Shown: positions 36,629 to 50,840 of the stretch, one piece after another
Layout of the letters: every line of letters begins with the position of its first letter
Numbering within the stretch: position 1 is the first letter of the stretch
Source of the DNA: Octopus sinensis
Taxonomy: Eukaryota
Assembly: GCF_006345805.1 (NCBI RefSeq)
Contig: NC_042997.1
Span: forward strand, 10,664,001-10,728,000
Reading direction: 5' to 3'
Length of the DNA stretch: 64,000 nt
The notes under the pieces: generated by a model
Database searches by the model: none
Told to the model about the DNA's origin: nothing
The model's input: only the letters and a program-made list of their open reading frames with translations
Made by a program: the position numbers and the translations under genes

Positions 36629-37812
36629 TCACATACGTGTATACCAATAGTTAAAAATAGTTCACAATGTCGCTTAGTTCATCCGTGTGCGTCACAATTC
36701 CATACATAGTCTTATCTATGTTTATTCTATAACATCTACTGTATGTGGATACATATTCTACCTCTTTACAATATAAGTATATGTCTGTATGTTTGTATAT
36801 ATTTTTTGGCGTTTTTGGCTTGTTTATTTTTGTTTTTTGTTGTTTTTCTTTTCTTTATGAATGCAATTACATATGTATGTATCTATATCTATTTATGTTT
36901 GTAATTTTGTGTATATGTAAACAGGATTTGTCAGAAAGAAAACTTTAATAATAGTTGGAAGGAACAAAATTAATTAAGCAAAACTTAATTAATGTATCAA
37001 CAGAGCATTCCGTAGAGGCATTTTTAAATATCTTTAATGTTCATATTAGGTACATATTGCTTAACATATGCTATCGACTTTTATGTACTGTAGTCGCCGA
37101 TACTAAGGATAGAACAAGAGGAAAAGAAGAGAGAGAGAAAATAATATATTGAATTAGAATAAGTTAATTAGTTAAAAATAAATGGATAAAAATATGTGAT
37201 TTTTAAGTTTGATATCATAGAGACATCAAATTCCAAATTTTCGTAAAAGGACATTTCAACATTGTAGGAATATATTATTAAATTAAAGTGGAATCGAGAG
37301 CAACGTTGTTTTCTTTTTTGTTTTGTATGTGTTTGTGTGTGAGAGTGCGTGCGTGCGTGCACGTGAGAGAGTGAGAGACAGAGAGAGAAAGAGTGTGTAC
37401 GTGTTTATATGATATTAATCCCATCAGCTGTATGTGGAAATTTGCTTGCAACATTTCAGATCATTGCTTTTTGTTGCTGTGTTGCTGCGTTTAGTCTTGA
37501 TCAAACAGACACATGAATAAAAATGTTCCAACTGTAACTACTTCGTATATTTTTCACAGTTTAATCTGGGACTACATTATATACTAATGTGTCCGTCATT
37601 TTCTTTTGTTTTCTTGAGGGGAGGAGGAATCATGTCATTTGATGAATATTCGGTTGCTATTTCTTGCAAGTCGAGCAACTGTGTAGAGGTTTCCTCTCTG
37701 ATTTATTCGCTGTGATTGAAGATTCTAAAGGATTAAGCAAGGAACTTTAAAATCTAAAACGTATTTTAAAACGTACAAATAATAGGAAGCTGGTAAATCA
37801 AAATAAATCAGT

Positions 37813-39188
37813 CAGTATAAAGACCTTCACCCGGGAACCAAAAAAAAGTTAAACCAGCCTGTGGGGTGTTAAGAAGAATGTGGAAAACGAATATGAAAAA
37901 AAATGTGCGCTGACGACCCTGGGGTGGTGGGGAGGGGACTTTTGGAAAATTCACACGATCCAATTTTTCCGTAATAACTTCCGGTAAAATGGATATATTC
38001 TTTTATTTCTTTTATTCTTATATTTGTTTCAGTCATTTGACTGCGGCCATGCTGGAGCTCCGCCTTTAGTCGAAGGACTTATTCTTTGTAAGCCTAGTAG
38101 TTATTCAATCGATCTCTCTTGCCGAACCGCTAAGTGACGGGGACATAAACACACCAGCATCGGTTGTCAAGCGATGTTGGTAGTACAAACAGACACACAA
38201 CCATATACACGCATATATATATACGACGGGCTTCTTTCAGTTTCCGTCTACCAAATCCACTCACAAGGCTTTGGTCGGCCCGAAGCTATAGTAGAAGACA
38301 CTTTCCCAATGTGCTACGCAGTGGGACTGAACTCAGAACCATGTGGTTGGTAAGCAAGCTACTTACCACACAGCCACTCCTGCGTCTATATTGATTTTCT
38401 TTTACGGAATCCCACGTTTTTGGTTATGGAGGATCCGATTCCGAAAACAATTTTTCAAAAAATCACGTTTTCAAAATTTCAATTAACTGAGACGGCTTTT
38501 TCGACGTTGATCACGATTTACTTCTCGGTAATTTACGCAGTGCTTACGGAAACTAACGAATATTTTGTTTTGATTAGTATACTCAATCCGAAATATGGCC
38601 CTTTTAGTTTTGATATTCGTTTTCCACACATTTTTTTTTACACCTATTAGACTGTTCTTTTTTTGTTTTGTTTTTTTTTTCATTTTAGAGAACGGGTGCT
38701 GCTGTGATCCTTTTACGCATACAGAAACAAACAAAACAACCGTTCATTTTTCACATTTAGTCAGCGGGGTGGCTGGGGGATTTTGGGTCGGAATTTTTCA
38801 TAAAAAATTTGAAATTAAAATTTAAATTTGTGTTTATTTTTTCCATATTCTTAATCTCCGTATTTTCCTACGTAGATTGATGGGGGAAAAAAATTCGAAA
38901 AAAAATTTTTTTAATTGAAATTTTAAAAACACGATTTTTGGAAAAAAAAATTTTCGGAATCGGATCCTCCATAACTAAAAACGTGGGATTCCGTAAAAAA
39001 AATTCAATATATATCGATTTCACCGGAAGTTATGTCGGAAAAATCGGATCTTGTGAATTTTCTGAAAGTTCCCTCCTCACCACCCCAGGATCGTCAGCGC
39101 GCTTTTTTTATTCATATTCGTTTTCCACACACTTGTTAACACCCCCCAGGCTAGTTTTTTTTGTTACTGGGTGAAGGTCTTTATATTG
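37813..39188. mobile_element. Foldback/MITE-like element with about 280-bp terminal inverted repeats; left TIR interrupted by a SINE
   Basis: 37813-37999 plus 38388-38487 match the reverse complement of 38911-39188 (cagtataaagaccttcaccc / gggtgaaggtctttatattg). Confidence 0.85.
38000..38387 (-). mobile_element. tRNA-derived SINE (family A) nested in the left TIR
   Basis: Homologous to 12627-13043; candidate target duplication atatt at 37995-37999 and 38388-38392. Confidence 0.88.
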
Positions 39189-41087
39189 TCCAATAAATCT
39201 CATTCTCCAGCAGTAATATTTTTAAAATATTAAACTGTTATTATTTTTAAACCAATTTGTTTGGTAAGCGAACAATTTTGAGACAGCTAACTTAAAAACT
39301 TAAAGAAACTCTTGATTAATTTTTTTACATATATACAAGAGAAGAGTATAGCAGTTTTGGCAAAACATAGTGTATTGTTTGTATTCTTAGATCTAAGGGT
39401 GAGGATAAAAAGAGGTACACCAAAAACATGAAACTGAATTATGTAATGTATTTACAGACATTATAGCATGCTTCATGGGATTTTTTCCGACTCACGAAGC
39501 TCTGAGTTCTAATATAACCGAAATCAACTTTGCTTTTCATCCTTTCGATGTCGATAAAAAAGTACCAGTCCAGGACAGTGGATTGGTAGAAATGTAATAA
39601 CATTGCGCCATGGCTTACTTGGCTGGTGCACTTAACCAGTTTCCCGGTTTAATACCACCACCTGGCTCCTTGGATACCTTTCACAGAGTCCACTTTTTTG
39701 CAAGTATTCGGTGTATGTTTTCGCTTTGAGGACACGTCTTTCTTCTTCCTCCCTCCAGGTTTGGAGGTCCAGCAACTTATCATGAACATCATCTTTCTTC
39801 ACTAAAATCTGCTGCTTTTCCAATTTCTGGCGTCAACCTAAGATATTGATATGCTTACATAGCAACATTGAAGCCTATATTTACGGGAAAGGAAAGTGCA
39901 ATATAGTGATATTGAAACTTTTCTAACTCTAACATTTCTGAAGTGAAATAGATTCAAGTTTCTTCAGCTGAGATTCAGTTATTGCACTCAGTTTCAATGA
40001 GCGAAGCTCACCATATTTTTAGCCTGGAGGAAATATCATCAAGTAATAAGTATATATGATGAAAAGGGGTTCAAAATAAATGGAACGATAGGAATGACTA
40101 TTAATTGCCTGGACATTTCTTATACCCTACTAAGCTTTTGGAAAGGGAAACAATATGTTCAAGTAGCTTAATCTTAAGTGTCACAAATAAACACTCCATG
40201 AAGAATACCCATTGTGCATGAACTAGGGAGAAGTTAAGTGGTTTACTACCACTCCTGTAACTGTGATCGACTATGATTCGCGATAGCAGAGAGGTCATCA
40301 GGAATCCCGTGTTTAACATCGGATGTGTTATTTTATGGAATACTACAACACACAGCAAATTCGTATCCGTATTTGTCATTTGGTAAACAAGCAGGCTATA
40401 TTTAGTACGGGCGGTTTCATTTCAATTCAAAAATATGTGTATGAAGGAGAAAAAAAACTGTCGAAGGAAAAACATCCATCGAGAAAATATATCAAATGCT
40501 AATCAGGTTTGACATAATCATTCCGACAAAGGTTGCTCATATTTTAGACAATGCTTTGTGATTCTTTCTTTTCCAAAACACCTTGTACCTATGATATAGG
40601 TCGTAAATATTTGACGGAGAACTTACTGCTGTTTATAGTTCTCTATTGATACTCAGGGCGATACCTATAGTATCTGAACGAGTGACTTACAGCCACACTT
40701 AGAATTAATACATCGCAGAATTTTAAGAGTTTGTTCCAGAAAGATTAATGAATTTGATTTTCTGGACAAACCAGATCAGAAGTATCATTTCATATGGTAG
40801 CAATGTATTGATTCTTTTTGACTATGAATAAAGAAAGATGTTTATAATCCACTATATCAAATCAAATTAATTCTGGAGCATATTTTATCGATCCTGGAAA
40901 AATAAATATGGATGACGTTGACCAAAATGCATTTGAAATATTTTTCTTCCTATTTTTCCTTCTTTTTTAGTAATAAAATGTTTAGTGAGTCATGCTGGTT
41001 GTTGGCATCATTCGAATATTATTTTCAATGCAGTATATACATATATGCATATATACATGAATACATGTTTGTTCGGACATATATATA

Positions 41088-41142
<55 letters not shown>

Positions 41143-42260
41143 CATACATACATACATACATACATTCTTTAATTGAAATGTAATACTTGTTGCATCATTG
41201 CGATCTAAAAATTCCTGTCAAGTGGACTAAGTTGTGATTTTGTTATTTGAACTTGCAAATATTTAGAAAGAGACAAACTTGATAACAAAAATTATTAAAT
41301 AATGTTTGTTTTATTTGGTGGAGTGGGGTGGGGGAATAATTGTTATTAGTTTTAAAATACCTTCGAATTTTAGCGGCAGAGGAAAAAAGTATACAATAGT
41401 ATTCACGGTTCTCTCAGGACAGTTTTACTAATTATTGTAAATAACATTAAAATATTTAGGTAAATAATAATTTTTACATTGTCACAAGGTCTCAAATTTG
41501 TATGAGAGAGATGAATGTAGCCGGTTAAATTGAACTCAGTATATCACTGTTACTTATTTTATCGATCCTAGATGTAGAAAGGCGACGTCGAAACCAAGGC
41601 ATTTAATATAAAAGGTTGTAACTAAATGCCTCTTCATTCCATTCAGTCCGTTGTTTCTGCCTGTTCAATCAGTAATGTACCATTACTATTCAATCTATTC
41701 AACTTTACTATTCGCCTATAAAGTTGTAGTATTGGCCTTGTACCAACTAAAATCAGCATTTTCTCATCAGTTATTAAAGATATTATTATTACGAAACAAT
41801 ATTTCACATGTTGTTGTCCCTTATTGTATTATAAATTTTCGTTAGTCAAGAAGAAAGCGGTACCCATGATCTTTCATGAGATTTCCGAGACTTGTGGAAG
41901 TGAAATTGTAATACCCCAAACAGTAGTCGGCTGAGTGGATTCTGCAAGGGGTTCCCAAGATGCAAGGTGATGTTAAATTGAGCAACAGAGTAAATCTACC
42001 AGCCAAGTATGTTACAGCTGGATTTAAACTCAAAATGCAAAGACCCGGAAAAATATAGCGCAAAGCATTCAGTCCGACGTTCTTCCAATCAAATACCTTG
42101 TGTTGGCACTTTTTTTTATAGATTTCGAGAAATTGAGAATCAAAGTTGGTGTGAATTGAACTCAGCGAGTAGGAAAAAATACCTCGAAACTCTATAAAAT
42201 AAATTCCTTGTGTTCGAATCGAATTGACCGTTCACCTCTCTGGAGTCCATCAAATAAACA

Positions 42261-42376
<116 letters not shown>

Positions 42377-44821
42377 GGGTAGCGAGAGACCTTCTATGTG
42401 GTCGCTCGACGTAGCTAAATCTACTCCAACTCACATCCTACCTTTAAGAAAAAGAGACGGACATATTAGATAATGTAGTTTTAGATACACTGTGTATAAC
42501 AGAGAGAGAAAAAAATGAAATGGTTATGGCTTTGAAAGCCTTTGATCATAGTTCTGCAGGATGAGAACTCACTTGGGAGTAAACAGCAACAACAATAGCA
42601 TCTCGGTCTTTTTAGTAAGGAATAAATCAATATGATTTCCATAGAATTTTCTAACTCAGAACGAAACAACATAAGAATAACTTCTCAATGGAATGTAAAG
42701 CTTACATTTATAAATTATTAATCGCAATGAAACAGGCATGTAAAAAAATGAAGGCTTCGATTTCTAGTAAGAATATATAATTTTTTAATGAGTCGACATG
42801 ATGCTTTATATTTGTCATTTTGTTTCTAAGTTAAAACTGCTCTGGTACCAGAATAGCATAATTATTATATTCCTCAGCAATTTTCATGTTAGAAATAACA
42901 AGAAAATTGCACATTTAATAGATTAGCTTTAGTGCTATGTTTATTTTCTTTAATTATGTTTCCAAAATCTTCAATAATTCTATAGAAAATGTCTCTAATA
43001 ATTGCATTATAAAATGAAAAAAATTAACATAGATCTTATTTGATAAATTATAGCTTTTTGTGAAATTAGTAGAGACGACATGCTGATAAAGTACAGAATA
43101 ACATTTTGACAGTTCAGTACAAAATATGCCGCAGTTTGAGCAATTAAAATACACTCTGAAAAAATCGATTACAATAAAACGTAATAAGGGTTATTATCAA
43201 TAAATAAATAAGATAAATGTAAAATAATTCATGCTGCTTTCTAAATAGAATACAATTGTAGAACATGGCAGATATGGTTGAGTGTAGATCTACAATGTGT
43301 AATTTCGTACCGCTAGATTCTTCTGTGTCCAAATCCCACCGAGACTAACATTTTATTTGGGGGAAGGTTCTATTTCTTCGGAGTTGGTAAATTGTATATA
43401 GAAGTCACTTCTATCAACTATAAACCCCCTTTAGCTTTTAAGAACCACTCCAAGCTTTAAAGAAATAAAAAGAGTATTTTAATGCTTTTGAAACTTCAGT
43501 GAGTTCGGGAAAACGCATAACTTGCTGAGCGTCAGACTTATTACTTTGCGTCGTTCCGTCTTACTTCTCTGTACTCAAATCCAGTTAAGGTTTCGTGAAT
43601 ACGTAACAAGTATTAATCATTATTCGAAGTTAAATATTTTATATCATCAGCGTTTCTATCGCTTTGAAGAAATGCACTAATCCACAATATTGCCAAACTT
43701 ACGAAGCAACTTTTTGCATAAGTCGAGAAGGAAGGCTCTATGTGGTTTTTCGATATGCTAGACATGGTAGCCATATCTTTGTACAAATCTTTAAAAAGAA
43801 AGGAAATATGTATTGAGTAATATAATCTGAAATATAAGCTATATCTGAAAAGACAGGGTAGACTGTCTTTGATCATATGTCTATTTGATCAAGGTTGTCA
43901 TGGAGATAACAACACATATTTGAAAACGACATTTGTTATTATGAAGAAACTATTTAAGCAAGGGAAGACACAGACAACGAAATCGACACAGAGGTGGACT
44001 CTCATCAGTAGAGTTGGCAGTTCTTATGCTATCACCACCAGTGAACGGTATCTGTTGTGAAAGCAACTGCATAACCTCTAAGTTCATCTCGCTGTAATCA
44101 ATGGAGTATTGTAAATTTGATAGATGTTCATGAATTTGTAAAACCGAACTCAACACCTTCAAAGAATATAATTTTGTCATAGGGTTTGTTGACATAATAT
44201 ATCCTTGATATATACTATGATGGATGCCGAATTATTCTATGGTAAGAACGTGGAGAAGAAAAGACAACCAACAAGAGTTTATAATTTCCTACGTTCTTTC
44301 AACAAACATTTGACCTTTAAACTTTAAGATCTTATAGATTTGTATTAATCCAAATATGGAGATCATTTACAGCGTGTGAAGCATGTAGTTGTTTTCTTTG
44401 TTCAAGAGCCCTCGTTCAGCCAAACTGGCACATTTTTATATATCCTGTCGCTATTATGGTGTATTTTGGACATTGAATTCGTAAACTAGTTTTTAGTGAC
44501 ACATTGGAAATTATGGAAGTTACATGGGAAAGTAGTTGTGTGACTCGCACACACGCGCACACAAATACTCTTACATATGCATTTAATCACACATACACAA
44601 GCACACACACGTACACGCACACACACAAACACACTTACACACACATAAATATTTACACACACACACACATACACACATGTCTTTTTATAAGGTTTCGTGA
44701 AAGCATTGTTCATTTTCATTTTTATTGCGCGAATTTAAAATCGGGATACAAATTTCTATTTTAAACTCATAATAGCGTTAACAAAAACCCATGCACGTTA
44801 ATTTGTAATATTAATAACAAT

Positions 44822-44822
44822 G

Positions 44823-44895
<73 letters not shown>
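44822..44895. repeat. (AAT)n microsatellite
   Basis: Directly visible. Confidence 0.97.
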
Positions 44896-44896
<1 letters not shown>

Positions 44897-45579
44897 GTTT
44901 AAGTATGTTTGAAATCTGTAAGATAAAGTATTGGTTGTGTGAGAGTGCTTAAACCATTGTTTGAAATGACATGAAAGTGTCACACATTGCCGGAAGACAA
45001 ATAAGTAGTTCTAAAGAGATTATTCATGGGATATAAACAAAAGTGGTAACACGTTAACAATAACGAAATGAATGTGTAAGATTAGACTGAAGTAAAAAGC
45101 ACGTTTAAACATTCGTTTAAATTCACCTCTGTTTGCTGATATAATAACTGAAAATAATCTGCATGTTGTAAGTGGGATGGATTTATTTCAATGATGTTCA
45201 GGATGGGATGTATAGCGGTTAGACTGTAAACTATAAATAGAATTGTATAAACTCAGAAAACTGAATAAAATATGTTAGATAAAGTAACAACTGTTACACT
45301 ACCTTTGTTCTACATATCTTGGCTCATGTATGAAGGCGTACAGAAAATTTTAATGGAGTTGTACAGAAATCTTTAAACAAAAGGTTTTAAGATGCAGTCG
45401 AACAGAGACTACGATCAGTGATGGATTGACACAAGTTCTCTGACTTGACTTCGCAACTAAATAAAGACCATTCGACGATTCCATAAAACAACACAACACT
45501 CCTTTACATTAATGCTGACGTCGACTCTTTCCTCGAATTCTGAATACTAATCTAAATAATTGTACAAAGCAGTAACTAA

Positions 45580-45981
45580 TCTTTATATATAAAAGTGAAG
45601 TTGTGTGAGTGTCTGTCTCCTACGATTTAGATTCCTAACTACTCCCACATTTTACGGTGCAGTTTAACCAAAACCGGGTATCTTATAGTCGTGATTCATA
45701 TCAAGCCCTTCTGGGTATTAGCGCGTGTCTACAAAGAGTCTACGATTTAAAAAAAATTTACTATCATTTTTTTCCATTTTAATGCATTTTTTCGCTATTA
45801 TATAAGGGAAGTAACTCTCTAAAAATGTCTACGATGAGTCAACGATTTTTTTAAAATTTACCATAATTTTTTTTTACATTTTTAATGCATTTTTTGCTAT
45901 TTTTTGGCTATAACTCACTATCTATATCTATATATAGTTATTTCCCTTACAAACCCGAGCAACGCCGGGCGATACTGCTAG
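45580..45981 (+). mobile_element. Non-autonomous Helitron, copy 2
   Basis: A|TC start, CCCGAGCAACGCCGGG hairpin, CTAG|T end. Confidence 0.88.
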
Positions 45982-46496
45982 TGTAATACAAACAAAGATG
46001 AAACTTAGTATTAAGAGAATGCATATGAGCAACAATAACAGCGACAAACATTTTATATCCGTTAAAATTACAGCTATATCAACTCGCTTTCTGTTATAAA
46101 AACAGAACTGAAACTAATAAATCAACATGGAAGCTTTTATGTCAACGGTCCTGAATCAAGGCTCCCAGGGCCGCATCCTACCCTCAAGCATTCTTCCGAC
46201 AGCCCCTGACAGTCTTCCCTCTATAAATATAATGCTTTTTTCTTAAATTGAAAAGTGTTTTACGCTTTTTGGTGCGGCCCCTAAAAATTAGTGTTTTGGA
46301 TCTGAGCCGGATATTAAAAATGTTGAGAACCACTGCTCTGCGTAGTTGTATGATCTGCTGGAAATACCGGTCAGATCTACTCCAGAATCAGGCTTAACAA
46401 CTTAACATACATCATATGTGTGAGTGTATGTGCCTGTGTGACTGTGTGTGTGTGACTGTGTGTGTGTGTGTTAAATAAAATGAGACCACAATGCCA

Positions 46497-47300
46497 TCTA
46501 TTACTTTTGAAAGTTCTCAAAAAACTACTAATTTTCGAGACGTAACTTTAAACTTAGAAACCTCCCAATACTCCCCATATCACAATCCTAGCCAATACCT
46601 TAGGTACTTAAAGATTAATTCCAATCACCACAAATCCACCTTTGATAATATAGTTAAGGGTATCTCAGTTCGTATATCTGACCTGTCATCCACTGAGGAA
46701 ATATTCGATAACTACATCCCATATACAACCAAGCGCTCGCTGCCAGCGGCTTTTCCCAGCAAATGAAATACATCCCTAATATTAGGCTCAAGCAACATAT
46801 ATCTCAAATCATATCACGACATGCCAACCACCAGAATCACAACAGACCACACATACACTATACTAGAACTCCGGGAAAAACCATATTAAGACAACTTGGA
46901 CCCCACACGCATACATATAACACTAGGTTAAATGCTAAAACAGCTAACACTAACGGGCCATATTACCCACCTCTAATTTCTAAAAATATAGATAACACTA
47001 CTCTTAAGCGGTGGACGATCTATTCTATGGTATACACCCTCCCCTTCTCACTAAACGCTAAGAACTTAGTTTAATCCATTTTTAATATACTGGACTCCAA
47101 CTTCTCTCGTCAACATAAATATTACTCTATCTTTAAAGCTATCCTACCTCTCCCTGCCCAACTTTGAGTTTATCATACAACTTCTAATAAACAAAAACTT
47201 TCTCTCTATTATCAAAACTTACATTGTAACAACTCTGAATACATGAGTGCCCAACATATACATAGCTCCAATATCGAACCCTATACTTTAGACCACAACG
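46497..47300 (+). pseudogene. Penelope-like element RT thumb/linker remnant (second PLE family)
   Basis: TNFRDVTLNL...Y.PYH.P...YLKINSNH...NIVKGISVRISDLSS.EEIF, then YNQALAASGF by frameshift and VWYT.PFSLN-like linker downstream. Confidence 0.75.
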
Positions 47301-47814
47301 GAAACCCTACCAATCCCAGAAAATACTCAAGGCATTATTCCTTCCTCCAGATCTAGCAAGTGAAAAGCATACTTACATAAAAAAGCAGTAACCGTAACTC
47401 GTAAATGACTGTTCCTTGGTAGCATATATATATGTGTGTGTGTGTGAGTGTGTGTGTGTGTGCATAGGGAGACAGACAGACAGGAAGGGAGGGAGGAAGC
47501 GAAAGAAAAGGGAGTTAGAGACAGAGACTGGTGGAAAGAGAGAAAGCGGCTAACGATTATTCAAAGGTTTCAAAATTGGTAAATGTAATTCCATCGCCTT
47601 TTCATTACGATCTTTCAAGAAGGATTTGCATTATAATAGTGTCGAAACTGGAAATGTACTTAAGAAAAGGCTAGCAGACATAAACATGTCAAATAAAGGA
47701 CATGAATATAAAATTATACCGTATAAAATTTATTAACTTTGATTAAAATGTATTATTCATATTGATGTGTATCACCCAGTCAGCCCTGATCAAGTAGATT
47801 TACGATGAAAAGTT

Positions 47815-47866
<52 letters not shown>

Positions 47867-49326
47867 TGGGGAGAGAGAAAGAGAGAGAGAGAAAGAGAAA
47901 GAGAGAGAGAGAAAGAGAGAAAGAGAGAGAGAGAAAGAGAGAGAGGGAGAGAGAGAAAGAGAGAGAGATTGGATAATATAGTAGAGACCTACACTATCCA
48001 ATGGGTCCTCTTTTGTAAGATTGTAGGGTGTAAAACGAGAGAAATTTGGTTGTTATTTCTTGCAGATTACTCAGCCCCGTAGCGATTCTCTCGTTCTTTC
48101 AGAATTTTGTTTCTTTGCTTCGCTACCTAATAGAATACAAATTGAAATCAATGTGGCAAGTCAATATTCATTAGTACAAAACGTTTCCTGTATGTATCTC
48201 CTTAAATGAAGAATGCTGGATACAATTCAAAATTTTAAAGGAGAATTATGTCTTTTACTGTAAATCTGGATGAAAATCATTACCGTAAACTTTGCAGAAT
48301 TAATTAGGTGTTAAATTTAATTGGCTGCTAATTTTAGATTTAAACTACTTTTGTTACTGAATTTCCTTTTATTGTTATTGTTCAGTCGATATAATTTAAT
48401 TATTTTTTTATTCTTTCTTTTTTATTGTTGCTTTTTTTTATTAGGAGCATCTAGAACTAATTCGAATTGTCTTAACCAATCTTTCATTTGACCATAAGCC
48501 CAATTCACAGAGTTTGTCTTCGTGAACTAACCGTGACTAGAAAACTGAACTATATTTAACACAATTTGTGCCATCAGACGAAATGAAACCTTGTCCTTCA
48601 AACAATTTAGAAAGGGCATTTCTAGGAGCAAGATTTTTCATCTGTTGTCACTTCACCTCAAATATATTGGATAATTGTATTTTGGAATTGCTTATATTTT
48701 GTAACTGCAGCCATTGAATTGAAATATGAACTTAACCCCAGAGACAGCGTTCATATTTGTTTTTAATAATTCTATTTCGATTACCCTTAGCAGATGCTTG
48801 ATACAAGACCGTGTACATTCTCTACAAATCATGATTAAACTGAACTTATTTCAGATTAGAATTGTAACAAAAACACACAGTAATAAACAAAAGATAAGAT
48901 GATGTTTGTTTGTTTTTTTATCAATCTGATAAGAAATACAAGTTTATTGTTGAAGGATGTATTTTTGTTTCCTAACAATACCAAAAACAGAAGAGGATTT
49001 ATCTATCATTTTAAGATTACGCCAGTAATCAAATGTACTTTTAGATATGAATATGGTTTCCCCAAAACTCTGCAGGAAATTACAGCTGGTAATGTCACCA
49101 GGTTTTAGTATTTATTGGCGTGATAAATATACACTGTTTTCATTCGACAGCAGTCAGAAAAATGGTGTGGCTAGTCTTTAAAATTATTGAGTATACAGGA
49201 AATATAAATTAACACTTTCTCATGGTGACACAGCAACTCGTGAGTACAAATATATGTGTGCATACGCCTATGTTTGCCTGCATGTGATAGAATGTGTGAG
49301 CGTGCGTGTGTGACTGTGAGTGTGCG

Positions 49327-49417
<91 letters not shown>

Positions 49418-49724
49418 AAGGCATCTTTTCTCGTTTGTACGTACATCACTACAGAACAATGTATGCAGCTGAACTTTGATATTTCAAATATTTTCAGTTT
49501 GAAAGTGAAACTTGAATTTTAAGCTTTTATATACACACTCTTTTATGAAGTATATGGATATGACAGCGTCCATATGTATTCATATGTGTGTATGCTTATA
49601 AACATGAGCGTGTTTGTGTGTGAGAGAGGAGAACCATTGGTCACCGATGATAATCTCGCTGTAGATTGAATCAACCAATGAAATTGGACTTTTTGCAGTA
49701 TCCTTCGCTTTCTACGTTTTCCCT

Positions 49725-49861
<137 letters not shown>

Positions 49862-50210
49862 CATTTTTTCTAAGTTAATAAAGCTGACCGTATTTTCATG
49901 AGTACCTCTGGTTATAAAATGTCTACATATAGAGGTAGCGTTCTACCTCCATTCAGAAACTCTTGAATCAATGCTTATCCTGTTCTTGTCAACCATCTCA
50001 CCTCCCTTAAATCGCTGCATTAACCGCTAAACCATTCCACCCGCACCAGAACGTTATCCCTCTTAAATTCCCTACCTATCCGTGTCTTTCTTTTCTTACA
50101 ACTATACAAAAAAACATTAGTCATATTGATCACACTGATCTTAGAGAATCTCTGTTGACCAAATACCCTTTCTCGGAACAAACCAATAAATAAATATGTG
50201 TGCGAAGGAA

Positions 50211-50251
<41 letters not shown>

Positions 50252-50261
50252 TAGGAGGGGG

Positions 50262-50457
50262 GAATTCACAAAAAAACAAAAGACGAAGACAGGTGGTGTA
50301 GAAAACAAACAGATGTATTAGTATAACGCTCAAGAATCGAAAAGTCTTTAACGTTTCGAGCCTACGTTCTTCCACAGAAAGGAACACAGAAAGAAACAAG
50401 GAGAGAAAAAAAATGTGTGTAGTGGCTAGCGATCTATCATGGCGAATGTTTGAGTGC
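50262..50457 (-). mobile_element. Hammerhead-bearing pLTR-like short element, copy 1
   Basis: Reverse-complement homology to 50621-50779; hammerhead-like fold at 50346-50381. Confidence 0.65.
50346..50381 (-). ncRNA. Minimal hammerhead-like motif (A6U core)
   Basis: CTTT-CTGTGGA-A-GAAC gtag GCTC-GAAA-CG-TT-AAAG. Confidence 0.5.
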
Positions 50458-50472
50458 ACCCAGCCCTTCGTG

Positions 50473-50511
<39 letters not shown>

Positions 50512-50583
50512 TTTTTATTTTTTAATTTTATCTAGTTTCAGCTCACGAGCTGTGGCCATGCTGGGGCACCGCCAATCTATATA

Positions 50584-50620
<37 letters not shown>

Positions 50621-50626
<6 letters not shown>

Positions 50627-50779
50627 GCCACTACACATCTCTTATTTTCTGTCCTTGTTTCTTTCTGGGAAGAGCGTAGGCTCGAAACGTTAAAGATTTT
50701 TTCACTTCCCGAGCGTTATACTAATGCATCTGTTTGCTGTCTACACCACCTGTCTTCGTCATTTTTTTTTTGTGAATTC
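50621..50779 (+). mobile_element. Hammerhead-bearing pLTR-like short element, copy 2
   Basis: Homologous to 50262-50430 in the opposite orientation. Confidence 0.65.
50660..50696 (+). ncRNA. Minimal hammerhead-like motif with a 1-nt core deletion
   Basis: TCTTT-CTGGGA-A-GAGC gtag GCTC-GAAA-CG-TT-AAAGA; stems I and II perfect, core only 6 nt. Confidence 0.5.
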
Positions 50780-50782
50780 TCC

Positions 50783-50840
<58 letters not shown>

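Noticed and set aside
46322-46335. hAT-like terminal sequence gttgagaaccactg
   Set aside because: Only a very degenerate possible partner near 46143 and no 8-bp TSD found.
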